NCBI RefSeq assembly: GCF_964194155.1
Contig: NW_027597459.1
Coordinates: 1-64,000, forward strand
DNA length: 64,000 nt
Origin: Cetorhinus maximus
Lineage: Eukaryota
Direction: 5' to 3'
Shown here: one piece after another, positions 54,459-64,000 of the stretch
How the letters are laid out: every line of letters begins with the position of its first letter
Numbering within the stretch: the first letter of the stretch is position 1
Notes under the pieces: generated by a model
What the model was told of the DNA's origin: nothing
The model's input: the letters and a program-made list of their open reading frames with translations, nothing else
Database searches by the model: none
Translations under genes and position numbers: made by a program

Positions 54459-55698
54459 GTAGGTGACTGACAAAAAGCTCCTTCTGTTCCTTTCTTGCTC
54501 TTGTGTTCAACCAGCTTCCCCCACTTAAATGCAGCTGTGGTGTTTGCCCCAACTGCAGGGGATTGCTGCTGGGCCCCTGGCTGTGTCACATGTCGATGAC
54601 TTGGACCTAAATGTAGGGTTCGTGATTAAGAAGTGTGAAGGTGACATGAAAATTGTGAGGAAGAAAGCTGTAGACGTTTTTATATTTATTCGTTCATGGG
54701 ATGTGGGCGTCACTGCCTAGGCCCAGCATTTATTGCCCATCCCCAATTGCCCCTTGAGAAGATGGTGGTGAGCCGCTTCCTTGAACTGCTGCAGTCTGTG
54801 TGGTGTAGGTACATCCACAGCGCTGTAAGGGAGGGAGTTCCAGGATTTTGACCCAGTGACAGTGAAGGAACGGCCAATATATTTCAAAGTCAGGATGGTG
54901 AGTGGCTTGGAGGGGAACTTGTAGGTGGTGGTGTTCCCATGTATCTGCTGTCCTTGTCCTTCTAGATGGTAGAGGTCGCGGGTTTGGAAGATGCTGTCGA
55001 AGGAGCCTTGGTGAATTCCTGCAGTGCGTCTTGTACATGGTACACACACTGCTGCTACTGTGCATCGGTGGTGGAGGGAATGAGCAACAAGGGAAGGTTG
55101 GTTGGGCTGGAGCTGTTCCCTTTGGAACAGAGGAGGCCGAAGGGAGATTTAATTGAGGCGTATAAAATGATAGTGGGGGGTGGGGGCGCAGGGCCTAGAT
55201 AGAGATAACAGAGGCCAATAACTCAATAACTGGGATGGGGGACACTTGGATATAAAGCAGGAGGATTAGGGAGGAGTTGAGTAACTTTTCGATGAAAGGG
55301 TGGTGCGGGGGTCTGCAACTCACTGCCTGAAAGGGTGATAGATGGAGAAACCCTCAACGCTTACCGCCAAATCCTACAGGTGTTGAACAGGGGCTTGACT
55401 GGGATGAGGGGGATAGGTTTTTGTTTGGACTGGCGCGGGCAGAATGGCCTCCTCCTGTGCTCTTTTTGTTGCCGCCACTCCTCGTGACGAACGGGTTCTT
55501 GCCATGGCCTCGTGTTGCGATGATGTGCCCTGTTTGCTTTCTATCCCTCAGGCGTACGTGGTGCTGGGACAGTTCCTGGTGCTGAGGAAGAATGAAGACC
55601 TCTTCAAAGAGTGGCTGAAGGACACGTGCCAGGCCAACTCCAAGCAGTGCAACGACTGCCACACCTGCCTGCGCGAGTGGTGCGACGCCTTCCTGTGA
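54336..55698 (+). CDS. BANF1: Barrier-to-autointegration factor, whole gene, 2 coding exons, 89 aa
   Basis: join(54336-54458,55552-55698): [89 protein letters not shown]. Confidence 0.97.
54685..55465. mobile_element. LINE 3' fragment (minus, 54685-55075) and CR1 3' fragment (plus, 55080-55465) in BANF1 intron
   Basis: Matches 47800-48190 in reverse; [20 protein letters not shown]. Confidence 0.75.
55552..55698 (+). CDS. BANF1: BANF1 coding exon 2
   Basis: CCTCAG| [11 protein letters not shown]...[12 protein letters not shown]. Confidence 0.97.
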   Translation, partial: AYVVLGQFLVLRKNEDLFKEWLKDTCQANSKQCNDCHTCLREWCDAFL

Positions 55699-56523
55699 AG
55701 CTCCCGGCGACAGCTCCCCTCCTGCCCTCCCCTTTGTACTTTTATCGATCTTAAAGTAACGTTAAATTATCTGCTGTGCTTTAGACCCACACGGTTCACC
55801 CCCAGAGTTCTTTTCCCCCTCTCTCTCTCTCTCTCTCTCTTTCCCGCTCCCTCTCTCTGGTCGCCGTGATTATGATCAGACGGTACTGAGGCAGTGGGAT
55901 GGCGGGGGGAGCGGCATTGCTAACTGTGAATTAATACCAACGAAGGAATGACTGACCCACAGGGCTGCCTCGCTGCAGGCTTGTATAGACGACCAATACT
56001 GACTTTTTTTTCTCCTGGCTTGAATTGTTTTTAAACCTCCCTGTTTCTCGAGTGCACCTCCCCCGCCCCCACTCGCCCAAAAGGTAAAGCTTGACTTAAA
56101 TGAGCCTGTCCTTTTGTTAAGCCGGTGAGGTTTTCACTTGGGCTGCGAGGAGCGGCGGGGAGTCTGTTCGGCTGGTATTGTGTGAGGCGGCATCTCGGCA
56201 AGGGAATACACCCCCACCCCCCCCCACACACAACCTCCAAAACGATCTGTTAATTGTAGTGTACACTGTTTAATACCCAGCACACAACTCATTCTGCAGA
56301 GAATTTATGATTTTTTTTTGCACGTGTGTGTGTGTGTGTGTGAGCTTGCTGCTTTCTGAAGCCAGAGAAAGGTGCGATGAATTGATTTTCTATTTGGTTT
56401 TCTTGTGAACCGTTTTATTCATTCTTAACTCCCGTGTTTTCCCCTTCTGATCGGATTTCCCTCGTGCTCACATAGTGGTGAGATTCAGTGCTCGCTGTGG
56501 GAGCCTGTTATTAAATTTTATAT

Positions 56524-56529
56524 AATAAA
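56524..56529 (+). terminator. BANF1 candidate polyadenylation signal AATAAA
   Basis: ~830 nt after the stop, flanked by ATTAAA hexamers and followed by GT-rich sequence. Confidence 0.68.
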
Positions 56530-57229
56530 ACGCATTAAAAGTGTTTGTGAGAGCGTGTAGTCCTGGTGATTTCCCTTTCTTTCCGCAGTACCCCTGCGTT
56601 GCCCTCAGGCTCTCTTGTCTGCCGCTCCCCCGCCCCCGCCCCCCATCCTGTGCTGGACTAAAGAAGCATGGGGCAGCCAGCTTATCCGACTGCGGGAGGC
56701 AGTGTATTTCTGTTCGTGTGCCCTTTCCAGTGGGTAGTCCCTTTATAAAACCGCTGGTCCAACTACTTGCGGGCAAAGGCTAATTATTACAGCTTGTAAA
56801 TTGATTCCAGGTCAAGGGATTCAGCGTGACCTGGCTTTGATGGGATTGTGGATCCAAATGGAGTGTCGGGTGCAGCACCTGCATTCATGTGCAGTCTCTT
56901 TAACATCATATAATACCCCAGAGTGCTTCACTGGCAACACCTGACAGCAAGCCTCCTTGAGGGGGTATTGGGTGGACAAGCAGGTCGAGGGGCATTAATT
57001 AAAATTTAATAATTGGTTCATTAAAATACTGAGGGTGGCAGGGCAGGTGATGTGTTGCAGCTGCGGTACGTGGGGTCTCATTGACACCTATGCGAACCAA
57101 GGCAAGGGACTGCGGCTCAAGGCTTGTGAGTTGGGGGGGGCCAAGCTTCAGACGCTGATGAAAGTTGCCTGGACACTTTGATCTGGGGTCAGTCACACCC
57201 CTTGGACTAGGGTCTTCTGATCTGGGTGA

Positions 57230-60140
57230 GTAAACTGACCATGGCACCGTGTTACATGAAGCCATTCAAGTGGGGGGAGTAAACAGGAATGTAGTGGTAG
57301 TAGGGAACAGTATAGTCAGGGGGTAGACAGAGTTCTCTGCAGCCAAGAGCCAGAGCCCAGATGGCTGTGTTGCCTGCCCAGTGCCAGGGTTCGGGACATC
57401 TGCTTTGGACTGGAGAGGAACTTGCAGTGGAAAGGGAGGATCCAAGGGTCGTGGTTCATGCGGGTACCAATGATAAAGACAGAACGAGGAAAGAGATTCT
57501 GGTTAGGGAGTATGAGCAACTTGAGGCTAAATGAAAAAGCAGAACCACAAAGGTGGTTATCTCTGGATTATTACCTGAGCCATGAGCAAATTGGTCTTCA
57601 CCTGAACTGTGCTGGGATCAGGTGTTTTGGTGAGTCGTATAACTAGGGTGGTAGAGAGGGCTTTAAACTAAATAGTGGGGAGGTGGGATCACCTAACAGG
57701 AGATGTGGTAAAATGAAGAGAAGACATTAGAGCAGGGTAGTGACATGGGTATTGATAAGCAGGGCGTGGCAGGAAGGGACAGAGTACAAACCTAAGTGCA
57801 CCAGCAGATAAGGCTAACGATTGCAAAAATGGTTTAAACAAATAGTTAAAGGCTTTTGTATCAGAGTGCATGCTGCATCTGTCACAAAACAGATGAATTG
57901 TTGACACACATAGAAATAAATCTTTATGACCTGATAACCATTTCAGAGACATGGTTGCAAGGTGACCAAGGCTGGGATGTAAATATTTAAAGGCTATGTG
58001 ACATTTTGGAAGGACAGGAAGCTAGAAAAAGGTGGTGGAGTAGCTCTTAATTAAGAATTACAGTATGATAGAGCAGCAAAGGCTGAGGGGGTGGGGGGGG
58101 AACCTGATAGAGGTGTATAAGATTATGAGGAGCATAGATAGGGTGAATATAAAGGCACTTTGTCCATTAACTTTGGTCAATAACCAGGGGGCATAGATTT
58201 ACGGTAGAAGGCTAAGGGGGACGTTGAGGAGAAATCTTTTTCACCCAGAGGGTGGCGGGAGTCTGGAAGTCACTGCCTGAAAGGGTGGTTGAGTCAGAAA
58301 CTCTCGTAACCTTTAAGAAGCATGGTGTTGCTATAGCCTCCAGGGCTATGGGCCAAGTGCTGGAAAATGGGATTCGTGTAGTCAGATCTTTGTTGACCGG
58401 TGCGGACATGATGGGCCGAATGGCCGCCTTCTGTGCTGTCAACGTCTATGAGAAAGATGGCCTTAGTTCAGAAGATCAAAACATGGAATCAGTTTGATTG
58501 AGGAGAAAATAAAGCAAAGGTAAGTCCCTCGGAGTAGAAATCAGAAAAGAATTACTTAAAAGAAAATGAGGAAGAAGTTAAGAGTATGAGAGAAAATAGC
58601 TAGAAATATAAAGCAAGAGTTTCTACAAGTATTTAAAAAGGAAATGAGTGTTGGTCTATAAGAGGATGAGACTGGAGGAAATGTTAAATAGATATTTTGT
58701 GTTTGTTTTCAGTAGAAGACAAACAATATACAAAGAATATCTGAAAACCAAGAGATAAAATGGAGGGAGGAACTTAAAACTATCACAGTCACTAGGGCAA
58801 AATTATTGGGAAAACTTAGAACTAAGGGTTGACAAGTCCACTGGACCAGGTGGCTTTCATCCTAGGGTTTTAGAAGCGGCTGCAGAGATCGTAGATACAT
58901 TGGTTGTAATCTTCCAAAATTCACTAGATTCTAGAAAGGTCCCATTGGATTGGAAAATCGTTCATGTTACACTCCTGTTCAAGAAAGGAGGGAGGCACAA
59001 AGCAAGAAACTATAGGCCAGTTAGCCTAACGTCTTGTCATAGGGAAAATGCTAGAGTCCGTTATTAAGGAGGTATTAGCAGGATATTTAGAAAATGACAA
59101 TGCAATCGGGCAGAGTCAGCATGGTTTTGTGAAAGGGAAATCATATTTCACTAATTGAATTTTGTGAGGAAGTAACAAGCAAGGTGGATAAAGGGGAACC
59201 TGAAGATGTGGTGTACTTGGATTTCCAGAAGGCATTTGACAAGCTGCCACATCAAAGGTTACTACACAAAATAAGCTCATGGTGAAGGGGGTAACATATT
59301 AGCATGGACAGAGGATGGGTTAGCTAACAGAAAACAGAGGGTAGGAATAAGTGGGTCATTTTCGGGTTGGAAGCTGTTACTAGTGGAGTGCCACAGGGAT
59401 CAGTGCTGGGGCCTCAATTATTTACAATCTATCACAGTGCAGAAGGGGCCCATCGAGTCTGCACCGACACGTGAGAAACACCTGACCTACCTACCTAATC
59501 ATATTTACCAGCACTTGGCCCATCGCCTTGAATGTTATGACATGCCAAGTGCTCATCCAGGTACTTTTTAAAGGATGTGAGGCAACCCGCCTTCACCACC
59601 CTCCCAGGCAGCGCATTCCAGACCGTCACCACCCTCTGGGTAAAAAAGTTTTTCCTCACATCCCCCCTCCCAAACCTCCTGCCCCTCACCTTGAACTTAT
59701 GCCCCCTTGTAACTGACCCTTCAACTAAGGGGAACAGCTGCACCCTATCCACCCTGTCCATGCCCTTCATAATCTTGTACACCTCGATCAGGTCTTCTCT
59801 ATATCTATTGAAGGTTAGGAGACTGAGAGGTGACCTGATTGAAACATGTAAGATCCTGAGGGGACTTGATAGGGTGGATGCTGAGAGGATGTTTCCCCTC
59901 GTGGGCGAGTCTCAAACTAGGTGTAACAGCTTAAAAATTCGGAGTCTCCCATTTAAGATGGAGATGAGAATTTTTTTCTCTCAGAGGGTCATTAGTCTAT
60001 GGAATTCTCTTCCCCAGAGAGCAGTAGAGGCTGGGTCATTGAATATATCCAAGGCTGAGTTAGAGTTGAGGCTACAACCAGATCGGCCATGAGCTTATCG
60101 AAGGGTGAATCAGGCTCGAGGGGCCGAATGGCCTACACCT
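57230..60140 (+). mobile_element. Highly decayed CR1 LINE with younger CR1 3' fragments nested (58080-58450 plus; 59430-59795 minus)
   Basis: Esterase remnant (VVVVGNSIVRG), [37 protein letters not shown]; many stops. Confidence 0.8.
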
Positions 60141-60159
60141 AAATGTATTGTAGTGTACA

Positions 60160-60480
60160 GGTGACGGAAAGAGGTAGGTTTCAAGGAACATCTTAAAGTA
60201 GGAGGGAGAGAGACTGAGGGGTTTAGGGAGGGAACTCCAGAGCTCAGGGTCCAGGCAACAGTGGAGTGACAGGAAATCGGGGTGCGTAAGAACTGGGTGA
60301 AGGCCAAGATCTCGGAGGGTTGTGAGGGCTGGAGGAGGGATTAGAAAAGCAGGAGGAGAATTTTAAGATTGCGGTTTTGCCGGACAGGGAGCCAGTGTGG
60401 GTCAGCAGGCACCAGAGGGCGATGGGCCAAATGAGACTCTGTGCAAGTTAGGATCGGCCTAATGGGGTTCTGGATGAGCC
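60160..60480 (-). mobile_element. L2 LINE 3' fragment
   Basis: Reverse of the L2 end seen at 16840-17030. Confidence 0.6.
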
Positions 60481-61680
60481 CGGGTCCTGTACCTTGACCA
60501 TGATCAGTCAGAAAATCTGGCTCCTTAGATCACCCGAGACGTGTCCCATTTAAGCCCGTAAGATTTCAGTGCTTCAGCATTGCAGAAGTGATAGCTTGGG
60601 TCACTGGGCATCTCTTGTTGGGGGGGGGGGGCGGGGGGTGTGGAGAAATTCACCAGGGCTGTAACGTGTGCTGCCCTGCATTTGTTCACATTGATTTCCA
60701 GAGGCTCGCAGGTGATAGAGCTGCTGCTGGAGGCTCAGATAGGTGGTGCTGTAGCTGGAGTCTTGAGAGGGGGGTAAGGGTAGTAGTGACTCTTCTATAG
60801 GTAAAAATGTGCATACAATTCTGGTCTCCAAAACCCAGGGAGATGCCCATACTGTCCTTAAAGAGGGTGCAATGAGGGTTCACTAGGCTGTTTGCTGGGG
60901 TGAGCAAGTGGGTCCCATGAGATTGAATCTGCCATGCCTACTTGGTCCCTAGGATTTAGCCGAATGAAAAATGATCTAATTCCCTGAGGGCTTGGCAGGG
61001 TAGATGCCAAGAGGCTGTTTCCACCTGACCTGGGTCGTTCTAGAACTAGGGTTCATTGTCTCACTTGGAGGGTTGGTGAATCTTTGGAATTCTCTACCCC
61101 AGAGAGCTGCAGTAGCTCAGTCGTGTGCTCAAGAATGGGTTTGATGGAGTTTTCTGCACTGAGGGAACCGAGGGCTATGGGGATTGGGCATCAAAGTACG
61201 GCCGGGGTTGAAGATCAGCCATGATCTTGTTGAATGGGGGAAGTAAGCTCGAGGGGCTGAATGGCCTCCTCCTGCTCCAGCACAGATTTTTTTGGGGGGG
61301 GGCGCGCAGGAATGTGTGCCCACATCCTTGTCAATGCATCAGTATCACGCCCCCTCCCCCACCACATACATATACAGGACAGGTGATCCAGCAGGTCACA
61401 ATGGGCACAGTTAGCTGTCCCTGCTGGTCGGTCCATGTGATGCTGACACCATAAAGGCTGACCCCACTGTCACTGGGCACCCCCCCCTCCTCGCTGGCAA
61501 CACCTCACTGACCCCAGCAACTGGCAGAGACCGTGGACTTTGCCTACAAAGAGGACCAAGCTACAGCGGTTTGTGCAGCCCACTGGTGAGCAGGGATGGA
61601 ATTGCGAACAACTGCTGTCACTGACTTCAATATGGATAAAGGTGAGAGGGTGTTCAAGGAAGGGGAGAAATCTTCCATGG

Positions 61681-61990
61681 TAGACATAGAGTAAAACTCT
61701 CTCTACACTCTGCCCATCAAACACTCCCAGGACAGGTACAGCACGGGGTTAGATACAGAGTAAAGCTCCCTCTACACTGTCCCCATCAAACACTCCCAGG
61801 ACAGGTACAGCACGGGGTTAGATACAGAGTAAAGCTCCCTCCACACTGTCCCCATCAAACACTCCCAGGACAGGTACCGCACGGGGTTAAATACAGAGTA
61901 AAGCTCCCTCTACACTCCCCATCAAACACTCCCAGGACAGGTACAGCACGGGGTTAGATACAGAGTAAAGCTCCCTCTACACTGTCCCCA
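61681..61990 (+). repeat. 69-bp tandem array (~4.5 copies)
   Basis: Same unit as 1-1011. Confidence 0.92.
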
Positions 61991-62229
61991 TGGCTTACGA
62001 TTTCAGCTGAGCCTGATTAGACGTTCCTGCAGGAGTCTTCAGATGGTGAAGAGAAGCAGGGAGCCAGGCTGATTTTGCACTCTTCCCCCCACTCCTCCTC
62101 CTGTCCTGGGCTCTTAGATTTGCTGTGCCCTCCTTCACTGCTGCTCGTGCTGTGTTTAAGGTTCCCCCAAAACCGATTGCAAATTGATGGTCGCACCAGC
62201 TTCAAAACAATTTGGAGCGTTATTTGATC

Positions 62230-62990
62230 GCAAGGGGGAGGGAGTGGAAGAGAATGAAAAAAGACCAACAAGGGAGAGGGACTGAGAATCAGAGGCAGAG
62301 AGAGAGAGAGGAAACAAATGTGAAAGAGACTGGGAGAACAACGGAGATAAAGAGTGACAGAAGAAGGGAGTGGGAGAGTGAAAGAGGTGGAGAGAATGGA
62401 GAAATGGAGGGAGATTGTCAAAGACCTGGATCGTGTTGGTTGACACAAGTCGATTTATCGCTTTGTCTCTCCCCACTGTGTCCCTCTGTCTATCACTCAC
62501 TACGATCCCACTCTCCCTCCCTGCAACCCTCTCCCTCTCTTACTCTCAGTTCCTGTCCTCTTCTATGGTGTGATCACTCACTCTCTCTCACCTTTACTGA
62601 CAGGGGCGAATCTTGATGCTCATGCCAAAGAACTCTTCATTGCTCCATTCTCTCCCTCTTAACTGTCTCATTCTGCTACACTCATTCTATTTCCATTTTT
62701 CAGTGTTCCTCTCTCGCCCATTTTTAGTCTCGCCTAGTTCTCTTTCTCTCTCTCTCTCCCTCTTTAACTCTCTGTCTCTTTATTTCGCTCTCCCTCATTT
62801 GGTCCAGCCTTCTTTCTCATTCACTCACTGCCTTGCTCTCTCTAACTCTGTCCACGACTGTCTCACACACTATCTTTTTCTTTCCATTGCTCACTCTCTT
62901 ACTTTCTCAATCTCTGTGTCTCTCTCTCTTGGATGGATAGATAAATAGATCGATAGATAGATAGACAGACAGACAGTTCGATAGATAGGG
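62230..62990. repeat. GA-rich then CT-rich low complexity, ending in (GATA/GACA)n
   Basis: Purine tract 62230-62420, pyrimidine tract 62460-62930, GATA microsatellite 62932-62990. Confidence 0.8.
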
Positions 62991-63439
62991 TAGTTGGTTT
63001 ATTGTAAAATCATCAAGGCAGCAGGTGCCAAATTGTGATGATACAAATGAAATCAATGGTCAAATTCATAATGCAGTGATAGACAAACATTAAAATAAAA
63101 ATAAAGTACAAAGTAATAAGAAGATTGCAGAATTATGAATATTCAGTATAGAAATAACTACAATACGTTGCAGAATGCCGGTCTCCTTAATTAATAGAAC
63201 AGAAATGAAAGATCTACTATCCCCTGCATGTTGCATTGAAGTCCATAGATCACATGTTGTCAGGTTGAGTTTATTAAATTCTCAGTTATTTACAAAGCTT
63301 TATGAGTTTTTTTTCCGGGGATTGGGCTGTCTCACAATCCATATGTTATTTGTGCAATGGTGTCTTTTCTCCATAACTGCATCACAGATTTACTTTTGCA
63401 TGGTTGTGGTGGGAGATAGTGTCTTGATCCCCATCTCTT

Positions 63440-64000
63440 ACTGTTTGCTCTGTCTCTCTCCCGCTTTGTGTCTATCTGTCCCTTTAATCTTCTATGTCTC
63501 TTTCACCGCCTGTGTCTCTGTCTTTCTCTTTTATCTCTCATTTGTCTTTCTGTCTCTCACCATGTGTCTCTCTCTCCCTCTTGTCTATCTCTCTGTCTTT
63601 TTTGTTTCTCTCACTGTCTTTCTGTGTCTCACTGTCTGTCCCTCTCTCTGTCTTTCTCTTTGCCTCTCGTCTATCTCTCTATTTGACTCTCACCATGTGT
63701 CTCTCTCCCTCTTGTCTATCTCTCTTTTTTGTCTCTCTCACTGTCTGTCTCTCTCCCTCTTGTCTATCTCTCTGTCTTCTGGTGTCTCTCACTGTCTTTC
63801 TGTCTCACCATCTGTCTCTCTTTTCCTCTTGTCTATCTCTCAGTCTTTCTGTCTCTCACCATCTGTCTCTCTATCTTTTCCTCTTGTCTATCTCTCAGTC
63901 TTTCTGTCTCTCACCATCTGTCTCTCTCTCTCCCTGTCGATCTCTCTCAGTCTTTTTGTCTCTTCACTGCCTTTCTGTTTCTCACCTGACTCTGTCTTTC
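63440..64000 (+). repeat. CT-rich degenerate simple repeat
   Basis: (TCTC/TGTC/CTATC)n to the window end. Confidence 0.88.

Noticed and set aside
55648-55662. CxxCH haem-c motif in BANF1 (CNDCH)
   Set aside because: Nuclear/cytosolic protein with no access to cytochrome c maturation; coincidental.
60520-60800. Unique-looking stretch between L2 and CR1 fragments
   Set aside because: No convincing ORF, splice pair or structure; probably an old repeat I cannot identify.

Overview
Eukaryotic genomic DNA from a vertebrate, most likely a cartilaginous fish (inferred from the CR1, L2, Deu-SINE and Penelope-like repeat complement). Three intact spliced housekeeping genes were reconstructed by hand. 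SART1 (+, 20 coding exons, 1875-25264, 760 aa) needs two GC-AG introns. EIF1AD (-, 5 coding exons, 50059-26169, 169 aa) ends tail-to-tail with SART1. BANF1 (+, 2 coding exons, 54336-55698, 89 aa) is head-to-head with EIF1AD across an ETS/GABP-rich CpG promoter. This order and orientation match my recollection of human 11q13. The introns are packed with retroelements: a near full-length CR1, a Gmr1-like Gypsy LTR element with nested insertions, solo LTRs, a LINE with a tRNA-type head, Deu-SINEs, and Penelope-like inverted repeats carrying minimal hammerhead ribozyme motifs. There are also about ten GC-rich minisatellites, several traceable to TE segments. Almost all long ORFs in the supplied track are repeat artefacts. 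I found no new protein-coding system. The best leads are RNA- or TE-level: intronic hammerheads, the tRNA-headed LINE/SINE pair, a strong-Kozak spliced uORF in EIF1AD, and TE-born minisatellites. Repeat boundaries are approximate (read by eye); exon boundaries were checked for phase.
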